Below are positions 23,241 through 35,976 of a DNA stretch of 64,000 nucleotides, in pieces. The DNA lies in the NCBI GenBank assembly GCA_039096935.1, contig JBBPEE010000035.1:62001-126000 (forward strand), read 5' to 3'. The position numbers were made by a program, and so were the translations under genes. Below the pieces are notes generated by a model. The model worked only from the letters and a program-made list of their open reading frames with translations, had not been told where the DNA came from and made no database searches. Origin of the DNA: Blastocystis sp. ATCC 50177/Nand II (lineage: Eukaryota). Position 1 is the first letter of the stretch, and every line of letters starts with the position of its first letter.

Positions 23241-24436
23241 ATGAACTCTTTTCTTGCCGTTGTGGCTTTGTCACTACTGGTTGTTGCGCAGGCTTCGAAG
23301 CCGGTGCTCCGTTTCCGCGACGATGGCTTCTTCGATGTGATGCAGGTTCCTCACTGCGGCGTAATCTCACTCCCTAGTTTACTGATCTTCACTATGGAGA
23401 GAGCCTCGAGAATGATGTCAATACGACTCGCCTTATGGAGAATATCGTCAAGCAGGAGAAGCCGGACTTCATTGCCTTCACGGGCGATATGGTTGCCGGT
23501 CTTTCCATCCTGCTTCGCGTGATGTTTAGGATACAGTTGGGACAAGACGAAGGGATGGTACGAGAAGATGTGGAACCGCTGGACCACTGTTATCCGCGAT
23601 TTAAAGGTTCCCTACGGCTACACCCTTGGTAATCACGATTCTGAAGCCGATCTGAGAAGAAGAGAGATTGTCAGCGTGGATATGAAGAACCCTTACAGTC
23701 TTACCGAGCTTGCTCCCGAGGAGTTGGAGCAGGCCAGCACCTTTGTCCTTCCCGTTTACTCCTCGAAGAACCCCGAGGAGGTGGTGATGAACCTGTGGTT
23801 CTTTGATAGCGGGGACTACAACTGCATGGGACTGAAGGGCTATGGTTGCGTGGGTCTGAACACCATTCAGTGGTACCGTGAGAAGTCCAAGGAGCTGGAG
23901 GAGAAGCAGGGTGGAAAGAAGCCGGGTGTGGCATTCATGCACATCGCTCCGCCGGAGTACATGTATGCGTACAATGTTGGACCACTATGCTGCAATGACC
24001 TGTAGCACTATCCCTCGTGGGGAAACAAGACCGAGTTCTCTGGATGCTCGTCGATGGACACGGGCCTGATTTCGGCCTTCAGAGAGAGGTAGTTTCATCC
24101 CGGGTTCTCGTTTACGAGATAGAAAGGATGTGTTTGCGCTTTTCGTCGGCCATGATCACAGTAATGACTACGTGAACGACTTTGAGGGATTCCTGCTGGG
24201 TTATGGTCGTAAGACGGGATACGGTTGCTACGGACCTCCAAAGGGGTGTGTTTCTGTGGAGGGGAGTGAATCGTAGAATGCAGCGTGGTGGTCGTGTTCT
24301 CCGCTTCCGTGAGAGGGACTTCAACATGGAGACCTTCATTGTGAATGAGGATCTGACCCACGAGGTGCAGAAGCCGGGCAAGGCGCAGCTGAAGCCTCAG
24401 GATGTGTGTAATGGCATGAAGCCTCCCATGAAGTGA
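23241..24436 (+). CDS. Secreted calcineurin-like metallophosphoesterase (DCR2/purple acid phosphatase-like)
   Basis: Signal peptide; motifs FTDLHY, FTGDMV, LGNHD, DSG, FMHI, VGHDHSND and GYGRKTG; about 30-nt introns. Confidence 0.9.
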
Positions 24437-24574
24437 TGTGTTTGTTGCTTTAAGTCTATGTTTTTTGTGAGTAGGTGGAATTGCCGTTATGTGTAGTGAT
24501 TGCAATTGTGTGTTTGTAGTCATGGTTATGGGTGATAATCATGCTTGTAAATCACAATCACCCATGCCCTATCC

Positions 24575-24755
24575 ACACACAAACCCTAATTACACAAGCA
24601 GTAATCACACACACAAACCCTAATTATACAATCAGTAATCACAAGCACAAGCAGTAATCACAAGCACAAACCCTAATTACACAAGCAGTAATCACACACA
24701 CAAACCCTAATCACACACACAAGCAGTAATCACACACACAAACCCTAATCACGCA
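24575..24755. repeat. Degenerate intergenic array containing five AAACCCTAAT (telo-box-like) motifs
   Basis: Motif at 24581, 24615, 24668, 24702 and 24740, interleaved with CAAGCAGTAATCAC and CA runs. Confidence 0.85.
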
Positions 24756-24792
24756 CCCAAACCACAAACACACATATACTAACAAACACACA

Positions 24793-25764
24793 ACACAGTC
24801 GTCTTCTTAGGAAGAGTCTTCGTCTTCTTCGACTTCACGACAATGATGGCGACAACAGCGCCAATGACCACCACGGCAGCAACACAAATCAGCACGATGG
24901 CCACAACGGGCACCTTATCCTCCTTGCAGCAACCAAAGTCCTGGGTACGGGTGTACTCCACGTTGCTGTCCAGCACAGTGCCAGTAGAAGCCACGTCCAG
25001 AAGCTTCAGCACGCCCAGGCTCTCCACAATATCGTCAGAATAGGTAATCAGCACATCTACTCCTCAATTGTTCGGCTCACTCATACCCGTGTTGAAACGG
25101 AGATGCAAGATGCGGGACTTGTTGAAATGGCCGTTGTACGAGTACATGATGCCTTTGAAGCCAACATCCACGCAGTGCAGCTGCCTAGAAGGTCATCCTT
25201 CATACAAAACACTACTGCACGCTCATAATTTCCTTCTTCACCAGAACACCCTTATCACAGTTAAGCGAGTTCATTACGTCGTCAGAGAGGACCTTAATGA
25301 AAAGGTTGTTACCGGTAACCTCCCAATCCTGCCAGTTGTTGGTAATGCTGGTGACAAACCAAGTATAGCTCAGATGAAGCAGCTGGCGGGTGCTGTTGCA
25401 GGATCTGTTCATGTAGTAGGTGACGTTCAGCTGGAGGAAGGAAGGAACGCTCTCCTCGTAACCAGAGAAGGTCCAAGCGTAATCCTTCGCTACGGGTCAA
25501 AAGGGCCGCGCGCTCGTACAGATCAGCAGTCCAGACAGGCACTGGCTCTCGTACACACCGCAGTCTACATCATCACTCGTATAGAAAGCGTATACGGGGA
25601 TAGTTATCAATGTACCCCTGTCCTGACTCGTCCTTCTTCACAATAGGAGTAGAAGGAATGAAGGAGCCGTAATCAGGGTTCATTCCGCCCACCAGTTCGT
25701 ACGGAGTGGGATTGCGGGCCACAGCAAGGGACAAAATAATAGCAAGAGTCACAAAGGAATTCAT
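24793..25764 (-). CDS. Type I membrane protein (signal peptide, Cys-containing beta ectodomain, TM helix, Lys-rich tail); stop probably completed by poly(A)
   Basis: Four 29-31 nt introns give an open frame from MNSFVTLAIILSLAVA to ...KKTTV, followed by T24793 + TGTG + TGTTTGTT. Confidence 0.8.
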
Positions 25765-26114
25765 TCAAAACTAATTATGAGAAATGAAAAGAAGACTAGA
25801 ACAGGCCCAGTTCTTTATGGTCCCTAATAGCACACTGGAACAGCAAAACGGTTCATCTAGTGTACGGAACTACTGGACCTGGCAAGCGGATGCTCTTTTT
25901 TTGTGAAAAGCGTTGTTTCTACGTGTTGCTTCCATGGATGAGTGCAATTCTATGTGCACAACCGGCTGTGGCAATGGGACGCAAAACCAACGGACGCCTC
26001 GTTTTCAGTGATTCTAGATAATATATGATATATTGAGATGCGTACGAGGTCATTCGCACCCAAACAATTCACTCTTCTCTTTTCCACCGATCGATTTCCT
26101 TGGTATTCGTTGGA

Positions 26115-26470
26115 ATGAGCAAGTCCTCTCTCGCGACGCAGCTGCAGGGCATCATTCGCGCCATTGGTCCAAACGCCTTTGCTCTCTCTGTATATGTGAA
26201 GCCGAATGCAAAGAAGGCGGGGATTGAGTGGGAGGAAGAGCAGCTGAACATCAAGCTCAATTCGCCCCCGGTGGATAACAAGGCAAACAAGGAAGTGTGC
26301 GAAGTGATCGCGAAGATGGTCGATGTGCCAAAAGGACAGGTAGTTGTCTCTGCTCTGTTTTCCCTTAGGTGTCGGTGATCCGGGGCGGAAAGTCCAAGGA
26401 GAAGGAAATCCAAGTGTGTGGGACGACGATGGAATCCATTGTGAAGAAGCTGGAGGAAGCATTAGAGTGA
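26115..26470 (+). CDS. DUF167/UPF0235 (YggU-like) protein
   Basis: LSVYVKPNAKK...IKLNSPPVDNKANKEV, then an intron, then IRGGKSKEKEI. Confidence 0.9.
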
Positions 26471-26495
26471 CCAGGTATTTGTTGGAAAACAGATG

Positions 26496-27400
26496 CATGC
26501 GGAGGTGGCTACCTGCGCTCGCTTTGACAGGGGAATGTAGGAGGGAAGGAAACGTCGATAGACGAGAATCGCCGCTATAACAGTGATGAGCAGGAAGAGC
26601 GGCAGTGTGGAGGGAGTACGTCGAATCGTGGAGGCGCATGCTGCCTGATAGTTTGTGCTGTGGGTGCAATTGGAGTAGTGAATGGGGAGTGCCAGTTGGG
26701 TTGCTATCCATCATCCATTCTCTTTGCACTCACAGGAGCACTGTATGTTGAGGGTCACCGGTCTGTCGTACTCTCTGTGCTTGCTCACGCCATCACCGCA
26801 GTGCATGTCTCTGCAATTCAGCCAGCCCAAGGAGCCATACAAGTAGTTGATGCACAAATCGTAGGGCTTCTCCAACTGGATGACGTCGCTGCACTGGAGC
26901 GCTGCTCTCCCCTCAGTGGAATGGATTGCAATCGTTTGGTTTAGAACGGAGGACACGGCCGTAATGGACGCTACACATCACTCGGAGATGGCTGAGCGAC
27001 CGCTCTTCTGCTGCACATCGCGGAGGGAGTAATGCGTGACAATGGTGTAAAGAGTCCGATTATTGCATGAAGCATTGTCGTAGAACACTTCCGTCTTTGT
27101 CAATTCCCACTCGTCACCCTTGGTGATTGAGATGGAGTACGAAGAGTCTATGCTGGCAAGAATACGAGAGAAAAGACTCTTCTCTGCATCGCAAGCACAC
27201 GTTGCAACAGGACAGCCTACGCGTTTGACAACCATGTCAATTCCATACAACTCTCTACACCGGCCGTCAGATAGAAGGCTATCAGTAGAACCCAGTACCA
27301 CATAGTAATTGGAGAATGCCTTCAATACATCACTCGTCAAAAAGAGCCTTGTTTTTTGCCACTGCTTGGAGAATCGGCTCATTCGTAAGGAAGGGGATCG
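26496..27400 (-). CDS. Membrane protein, probable paralog of 24793-25764; 5' end uncertain
   Basis: FYDNASCNNRTLYTIVTHY aligns with YYMNRSCNSTRQLLHLSYT. C-terminal TM helix LPLFLLITVIAAILVY. Confidence 0.55.
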
Positions 27401-27465
27401 TGATTGGCATGAACAAGCAGCAGAGTCCGTTCCCTGTGAATGCCAGAGTTCACATGCAAAATGGG

Positions 27466-29532
27466 ATGCCCCAAAGAGCGGGGGAAGAGAGGAGTGAGAA
27501 TGCAAATCAAAGTGATAATAAAGGAGTCGTAAGGGCTGTGGTTCATGATATTTCCCGATCGGGAAGAGGCGACGAGACCATTTCCGTGAAGTTGAGTCAG
27601 CCGGTGGTTGGCTTTGTCAACAACCCGTGTTTCGAGTGTCGATCCCAAAGCGGAGAGATTGTGCGCGATTCCTTCTCGCGGTACCGCTTTACGTGGTATC
27701 GCAGCCGCAAGTACTATTTGTGTAATTCGGAGAACTGTATCAACATGTACTCGCGAGAGAATGCCGCTGCGGAGATGAAGTGCCAGTGTTTGACCTGTTT
27801 GCAGTTTGGAAACGAGCGCTTGTCGTATTTCTGTTGCCCTGAATGCATGAGACGCGGATGGAAGTCGCATTGCCTGTTCGTTTCGCCGCCTCTTCTCATG
27901 GCGTAGCACTCACCAGATTTCGTCCAATTCGACGGTCCACGTGCAGAAGAAGCTGCCGATTGACGCAGGCATGACGGTCGAAGATCTGGCGGACCTACAG
28001 GTGAAACGGGCGCGCAATCAGCGAACGGCGCTGGAGGGCTGGGAGAAGGTGTCCTCGGACCGGTTGCGTTGAGTGGCGAGGCTGACGAGCAGAGAGTACA
28101 CCCCCACGGAGGCGGACATCGGGCACAAGCTGAAGGTGGAGGCGGTGAGTCTGGACACCAACCGCGTGGCTCTCTCCGCCGAGACGCGCGCCGTGATTGA
28201 CCGTACCGCCGCTGCAGAGGGTCACCCGTAGAGCCGCCCTTCGCCAGGCCGCGGCAGTGGTTCTCGCGCTCCATGAACTCCATGAACTCCGTGAACTCCG
28301 GAAACCCAATGAACTCCGTGAACTCCATGAACTCCATGAACTCCATGAACTCCGGAAACCCAATGAACTCCATGAACTCCATGAACTCCATGAACTCCAT
28401 GAACTCCGTAAACCCAATGAACTCGCTGCCGAGCAACTGCCCGACGCTGACGATCACGTCGTACAACATGCTGGCGGACGTGTACTGCCGGCCGGAGATG
28501 TACAGCCGGTGCCCGCTGGAGGCGCTGAGCTGGGAGTACCGGCGCAACCGGCTGGCGAAGCAGGTGGAGGCGCGCGACAGCGGGCTGTTCTGCTTCCAGG
28601 AGGTGGAGAAGGGGCAGTTCGAGTCGTTCTGGGTGCCGGAGATGAAGAAGCGCGGGTACGCGGGTTAGTAGGCGCGGGTGGGCGGCGTGAGGCGCAGCTT
28701 CACCACCAAGACGCGGCTGGTGAACGGCTCGGACGAGCACGTGGACGGGTGCGCGACCTTCTTCAAGGAGGAGCTGTTCTCGCTGGAGGGCGAGATGGAC
28801 GTGCACTTCAACGACCTGGCCGAGGCCATGTACCACCGCGGCGAGATCAGCCAAGTGGGCGCGCGGGCGCGGCGTGAGGGCTAGGCGCAGTATCAGCGGC
28901 TGAAGCACGGCAACGTGGCGCACATCCTGCGCATGCAGTACTACCCCAGCGCGCGTAGCGGCGCGGCGGGCGCGTGAGGCGTAGAGCTGCCGCCGATCCC
29001 CTTCTTCCTGTGCAACTGCCACCTGTTCTGGGACCCCAAGTTCAGCGACGTGAAGCTGGTGCAGGCGCTGCAGCTGCTGCTGCAGATCCGCGGGATCCTG
29101 ATGATGCTGCCCGTGGCGCTGCCGCTGATCATCTGCGGCGACTTCAACTCGGAGCCCAACAGCGCCGTGTACGAGCTGATGAGCACCGGCCGCGTGTCGC
29201 CCAACCACCCCGACCTCAAGGAGGACCCCGAGCGGATCATCGCCAGCATGGGACTGAGCAACTTCCACCACGAGCTGAACCTGCGCTCCTGCTACAAGGA
29301 GACGATGGGCCAGGAGCCGCAGTACACCAACTACACCGACATTTACCAGGGCTGTCTGGACTACATCTGGGTGACCGCCGCCTCGCTGCACCCGATGAAG
29401 GTGTCCGTCCTGCCCAGCGTACAGGAGCTCTGCTCGTTCGAAGACCTGAAGCTGCCGAACCCCAAGTACCCCAGTGATCACTTGGCCCTCGATTGTACTA
29501 TGGCGATTGACGCGATGCAAGTAGTTCGTTGA
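27466..29532 (+). CDS. CCR4: CCR4/PDE12-type EEP-family deadenylase with an N-terminal Cys-rich Zn-finger-like region
   Basis: ITSYNMLADVY, LFCFQEV, DGCATFF, NCHLFWDP, ICGDFNS, LDYIW and YPSDHLAL. Confidence 0.9.
28270..28423 (+). repeat. In-frame 9-nt repeat (ATGAACTCC; MNS) inside CCR4
   Basis: Read directly; has a higher-order unit containing GGAAACCCA. Confidence 0.95.
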
Positions 29533-29778
29533 TGTGTGTATTTTTCTCCTTTGGATTTGGGTGTGTTTTGTTTCATTCTGATTTGGGTGTGTTTTCTCTC
29601 ATCTCATCCACGGATTGTGTGTGCTTCATTCGGATGTGTGTGCGTTTGAGTCACACACCAACTAATTAAAGTCACGCCACTCTATTAAAAACACACACCA
29701 CTTCATTGAAAGCACACTCGCATCAACTCAAATCACCAATCCATTCCCAATCTCATCCCTCGAATAGGAAATACAGCA

Positions 29779-32651
29779 ATGCAAGACCAAACAATACAAA
29801 TCAAACGAGGCGGTAAGATCGGGAAACAGAAGGTTAGATCGTAGCCATTCCTCGGATTCCCGATACCTGGACCGATCAATCCATTGAGCGCGTTGTGAAT
29901 GCTGTAAACCACGTGTTCCGGGAAACGCGTGGAGAAGACAGCTTTCAAGCCATTTTCCGCGTCCTTATAAGCAAATGCGGATAAGAAGTAGATTTCCAGA
30001 CAGCTGTGTGTCTATAAGCAGCAGGAGGCGTTAATGCAGAAGGTGAAGATGTGCGTGAAGGCGAATGTGGAGGAACGCATGGAGCGACTAAAGGGGCAGC
30101 TGGCGCAGAATGGCGCCGACTGGATCGCGGTGGTGGACGATCTCTGGGCCCACTTGCACCGCAGCATCCTCACTGTGGCCTCACTGCTTGTGTACCTGAA
30201 CCAGGGCGAGCGCCAGTCGTTTCAGCAATCCCTCCTGATGAGTAGAGCCACCGTTGCAGAGTACGCTCTTCAGGAGGTGAAGGCTCTGTTGCAGCAGCAA
30301 GAAACGGAGGCGGGCTCGATTCGCCGCGTAGTACTTCTCCTTCCGCTTCACGCTAGCTGTACTCCGTCATTACCGATGAGTGCCAGAAGGTGCGAACGGT
30401 ATTCCTGGATCGCATGAAATCCGGGATGGAGGAGGAGAATGTGCCCATGTTCGACGAGCCGCGCAGAAAGCAAATCGTGAACGTGGTGGACATGCTGGAC
30501 GTGCTGGGACTGTTCGAGGAGCTCAAGCTTGCGCACTTCGCCAGCATGCGTAGTGCATCGCGAGTGCCTTCCCCATAGAGGCCTTCTACCGCACGTACGC
30601 CTACGAGCTGCTGCTGCAGAGCGCCGTGCCGGACTATCTGGAGAAGGTGGCCGCCATCGTGGAGAACGTGGGAGTGTGGGGGCGTGTGCACGGCTAGGAG
30701 CAGAAGCTGGTGGCGGGCTTCTTCCGCGGGCGCGCGGCGGGGGAGGTGGAGCACGCGGTGCTGCAGAGCTGCGTGGAGCTGTTCGCGGCGGAGATGGTGA
30801 CCAAGGGCCTGGCGCCCATGGTGCGCGGCCGCGACTTCGACGCGCTGGCGCGCCTGTACCGCTACTGCGCCGACGTCGCACAGCTGCCCGAGCTGCGCCG
30901 CGGGCTGGCGGCCTTCGTCGAGGTGGGCGCGCGGCCGCCGCCTCACGCGTAGCAGATGCAGCCGGAGTTCTGTCAGACCCTCCCCGTTCCCGAAACCGTG
31001 CAGTATTTCGTGGTGCCCGGGGCGGGGCGTGACGCGTAGCGACTGCTGCTGGGCCTGGCGGTCACGTGCTTCGGCGGCGACTCGCAGTTCCAGCTGGAGG
31101 TGGCCACGCGTCTGGCGGGCGTCGTGAACGCCAATTTGGAAACGTGTCTTCAATCACGCCGCCTCACGCGTAGCCTCTGCGAGCGCCTGGTGCGCTGGAT
31201 TGATGAGTGCGTGGCTGCCTGCCATGCTGTCAATCGTGCCAGCCGTGCTGATTATGTGGGAAGTGACAACAGTGCTGGTCGTGTGAGTGGTGACAACAGT
31301 GCTGGTCGTGTGGGTGGTGACAACAGTGCTGGTAACGTGAAGGATGACAACAGTGCTGTTCACTCGAACACCACTGACATTGCCAGCAACGGAAGCAGTG
31401 CCAGCACTACAAACAGCAATAGCAACGCTCTCCCAGAGCACTTCGTGGAGGACGTGCTGCTGGTGGTGAACCAGATGACGCAGAAGGAAACCTTCGAGGC
31501 GCTCTACCGTGCCATGCTCTTCCGCCACCTCGTGGCCTGTCAATTTGGGGGGCGCCCCTCACGCGTAGACCACGACGTCCTTCTGCCCGAGGAGATGCGC
31601 ATCATCGACGAAATCAAGGCGATTTGCGGCAACGTGTTTGTGTCGCGCATGGACTCGCTGGCGAAGGACTCGCTGGCCAGCCGCGAGTTCACGGCGTACC
31701 TGCAGCAGCAGCCCGGCGGCGCGCAGCTGCTGCAGCAGTGTCAGTTCCACGTGGTGTCGAAAGGTGGGGGTGTGGGGGGCGCGTGAGACGCAGATAACGC
31801 GCTGGCGGACCAGTGGAATGACGTGGTGTTGCCGCCGGAGCTGGCGGCGCTGCGAGAGCAGTTCGAGACGCTGTACCACGGCAAGTACTCCAGCCGCGTG
31901 CTGCAGTTCCTCTTCGAGCGCAGCGAGTACACGCTCGAGTACGTCCTGCCCGTTTCCTGTCTTACCCCTGCCGCCTTCAGCACAATTACTTCCAACACCT
32001 CCAACACTTTCAACGCCAACGCCTCTAACACTTTCAACGCCAACACCTCCAACACCTCCAACACCTCCAACACTTTCAACGCCAACACCTCCAACACCTT
32101 TAACGCCTCACCGACAACCCCAGAAAAAACCACCATCCTCCTGACAGTAAACCTCCCGCAGTACCTCCTCCTGCACGCCTTCGCCACGGTGACCTCCTTC
32201 ACCGCGGGAGACCTGCAGACGCTCACCAACCTGCCGCTGTCCGTGGTGTTGGAGACGGCGCGGCAGCTGGCGCAGGAGGCCAGCGGGCCGCTGCTGCGAC
32301 TCACGCCCGGCGCCACGGATAACGCGACGAGCGTGTCCCTCTGCGAGACGCCGCGCTTTGCGTCGACGCGCGTGCGGCTGATTCCCACGGCGCACATGAC
32401 GGTGCACGTGCAGCAGGCGATCCCGTCGCAGGATATGAGCGCGATGCACAAGACGAAGGTGGACGCGGCGATCGTGCGCATCATCAAGACCGCCAAGTTC
32501 ATGGGCTTCAAGGACCTCGTGGCGAAGCTGAACGCCTTCCTGGACTTCATTCCCGAGGAGCAGTTCGTGAAGGAGCGCGTGGAGTCGCTCATCGCCAAGG
32601 ACTACCTGGAGCGCGACGAGAAGGACCCGTCCATCCTGGTCTACCAGCCGT
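29779..32651 (+). CDS. Divergent cullin; stop probably completed by poly(A)
   Basis: C-terminal neddylation winged-helix KVDAAIVRIIKTAK...VKERVESLIAKDYLERDEKDPSILVYQP, followed by T32651 + GGTG + TGTTTGTC; many about 30-nt introns. Confidence 0.9.
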
Positions 32652-32904
32652 GGTGTGTTTGTCACAAACAGCAGCATCTTTCCAAGAACACTCAAAAGAC
32701 AGCAAACACTTGGGGATACAACTAGGCACTCTCAGCCGGCTTCTCCCCTCGCTTGTTCTCGAAGAAGGAGCCGCGGTGTGTTTGTCACAAACAGTAGCAT
32801 CTTTCCAAGAACACTCAAAAGACAGCAAACACTTGGGGATACAACTAGGCACTCTCAGCCGGCTTCTCCCCTCGCTTGTTCTCGAAGAAGGAGCCGCGGT
32901 GTGT
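32652..32904. repeat. 123-bp tandem duplication
   Basis: Units start at 32652 and 32775, bounded by GGTGTGT at 32652, 32775 and 32898; one mismatch seen. Confidence 0.95.
32656..32670. terminator. Back-to-back 3'-processing elements (TGTTTG-TCA-CAAACA)
   Basis: Same architecture as 312-326; a duplicate copy lies at 32779-32793. Confidence 0.7.
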
Positions 32905-33950
32905 GCGGAAAACGGGCTACGCGTGATACTGAGCGTGTAAACTCACCATGGTCACGCCGTCCCAGTAGAGAAGGATGCTGAAGAGGGCAAAGGACACGAC
33001 GGTGAGCAGGTCGTGCGCGGGCGTCTTCTAGGCGTAAGTGGCGACCCGTACGGCCACGTGCGCGTTCTCGTAGGCCCACATGACGGCGAGCGTGACGAAG
33101 AAGGCGAGGACCTGCACGACGGAACTGGGGGTGAGAGAGAGAGGCGAGAGGGACGTGACGACGGGATTGCTGTAGAGGACGAGGCGGGAGTAGCAGGCGT
33201 CGTAGAGGAGGCCGCTGAGGACGTAGGCGAAGAGGAGGAGCCAGTTCTGGGGGAGAGCGAGAGAACCGAGCATACCCAGGTGTGGACGAAGGTGCGGAGG
33301 AGGCCCGTCCAGAGCACGTTCAGGAAGGTGAGGACGTCGACGAAGTCAAAGCGGACGGGGTTGCGAAGGGAGTAGAAGAGGAAGACGACGATCAGCGCCA
33401 TGGGCAATTGCGTCTTGTATACGTTGAATTCAAACTGGGACTGGAGCGAGGGCTAGGGATAAGGAGGGGGAGGCGGAGGAACGTAGTGGAGAAGCGTCTT
33501 GGTGGTTAGGGCGATGGTGTAGGAATTCAGAACTACGGCCACGAGGAAAAGAATCGTGGCGATCAGAACGACAATGCAACAAGAGTGACGCGTCACAAAG
33601 AGAGAGAGGCTGGAAATTAGAATAGAGGGAAGCACAAACATGATCAGGGAGAGGGAAGTCAACCCAAGAAGCAGCTGGCAGGTGCGGATCCAGGACCATC
33701 CAACCATATTGAAGAGAAACATGATGACGGAGGAAAACACGCAGGAAGACTGCATGAGCACGACCAAGTGCGTGGCCTGCAAATGGGGAGTCATGAAACA
33801 GATGACCACATAGTAAACACACCCAACGAAGGCAATGGCTCCCGTCGTCTCCGGGGGAACGAGATACTCCGAATCCTCCAGCAAATGCCGGTTCTAACGG
33901 AGTCATAACGAGCCAAATCGCCCACTCGACGCGTTGTGATCCAGTACATG
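32845..33950 (-). CDS. Multi-pass membrane protein of unknown family; start uncertain
   Basis: Series of hydrophobic exons separated by short introns; ends ...FENKRGEKPAESA-TAG. Confidence 0.65.
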
Positions 33951-34273
33951 ACGCGGCTTGTAACACAATGCAATGAAAAGTAAAAGAAGGGCAAGAACGA
34001 GGCACCACTATCCATAAGCACGAATGAGAGAAAGGAACTCGGATTGGGTCGAATCGAGATAGCCCTTAAAGGAAACAATCTCGATACAGGAAAAGGCAAT
34101 GCTCATCACGCCTAGCAGAATAATCTTCCTTTCATTCGAAAAGAGCACAACGTACGGTGACACGGTAGTACCAGGGTTTGGGAGGTTGCTCGACTTCCTC
34201 AACGCTCTACGAGTCGCGCTAATACTGCACGGCCTACTCCAATCAGTGGTGCTTCCATTTTCTACTCTAGTCA

Positions 34274-35470
34274 ATGCGTTTTTCCGTCCTCCTGATTCTT
34301 CTTTGTTGTTGTCTAGGCTACTCATCTGCGGTAATTCTCTCTCTGCGTGTCAATTCGTAGTCTTCGCCAAAAGAGCGCATTCCCGTTGATGTGTACATTG
34401 AGTCCATTTGCGACGACTGCCATCGTTTTGTGGCCAACGAGCTCAAGTATTTGGCGATTCATCCCGAGCTTCTTTCGCTCGTCGACGTCAGGCTCCACAT
34501 CTTTGGAAAGGGTGCCGTGATCGAGAGAGATCCGCCCTACTTCTCCTGCCAATTCGGCCAAGAGGGCTGTGTTGGGAATGAGGCGCTTCTCTGCATCTAC
34601 CACCACTCTCCGTCGTTCGTATCCGCCGTGCGCGTGATGGAGTGCATGTATGAAGTCGGATACTACACGGAGGCCAGCATTCGCATGTGCTTTGAGAAGT
34701 TTAACGACAGCGCGTCCGATGCTCTTCAGTGCTTCAAGGGAAGCGAGGCAGCCCAGTTGCTCCTCGAGGCTGCCGATGCTACGCCTCGACTTCGCTGGGT
34801 ACCGGCGTTTTCGGACGGAGAGCGGATCCGGATCGACACCCGGAACTTCATCCAGTTCCTTTGCAGCCGCATTGGGGACGACGCTCCCGATGTGTGCTTT
34901 TCGAACAAACACACCGTTGGCATGGAAACGGACCTATGCTTCTTCTTGTTCTACAAGCAAGGGATCCTTCCACAGAAGAGGATTCACATCCTTCGGTTTG
35001 GAATTGTGGGAGCGAATCGTTTCGTAATTACGGGAGTGGCACCTAGTTGTCACTCGACACGATTGATGGAACACGGCATTCCAACCGGGGAGCTGTTTGC
35101 AACTTCCCAACGCCCTTTCGATATCAAACACGGAGACTACTCGCTTTCGCTTCTTCGGAGATGGATCCGAGGCCTCTACCTCGTTTTCCCGAATGGACTC
35201 CACAACCAACCGCAGAAGGCCGTGGACGAGTGTACCAAGTTCCTGCTCTCTGTGAGTTAACTAGGAGGAGAACCACCTGCGCATCGTCTTCCAGGTGAAA
35301 CCGGACGGCGGTTCGGCTCTTCAGGTCCTTTTCAAAGCGACGAACTCTTCCCAAAGGCATTTCCCATCCATCATCCGCATGAGTAGACATAACATGCGCT
35401 CTGAAGAACTGAGATTGACTCTACTGTCCTATCGTCACTTTCCCTGCCTCTATGAGCAATATGGACTAGA
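34274..35470 (+). CDS. GILT (gamma-interferon-inducible lysosomal thiol reductase)-like protein with C-terminal extension; 3' end approximate
   Basis: Signal peptide MRFSVLLILLCCCLG; VYIESICDDC (CxxC) and CQFGQEGCVGN matching the GILT CQHG..EC..N signature. Confidence 0.8.
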
Positions 35471-35606
35471 CTGAGCTCCATGGCGCAAACCCAATCCGTT
35501 ATGAGCACAACTGAAAGCCACTGAAATCCGTGAAGACAAAACCGAGGCCTCCGAAAGAGAGTGCGAATGCAACAAACACATCCAGTTAACAATGTACAGT
35601 GTATAG

Positions 35607-35939
<333 letters not shown>

Positions 35940-35976
35940 TCACTATGCACCCCGCGCGTGTGGAACAAACAGGAAT

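Noticed and set aside
32652..32725. Cullin C-terminal extension WCVCHKQ... as the normal protein end
   Set aside because: It is a translation of the 3'-processing motif and duplicated UTR; cullin homology ends at ...LVYQP.
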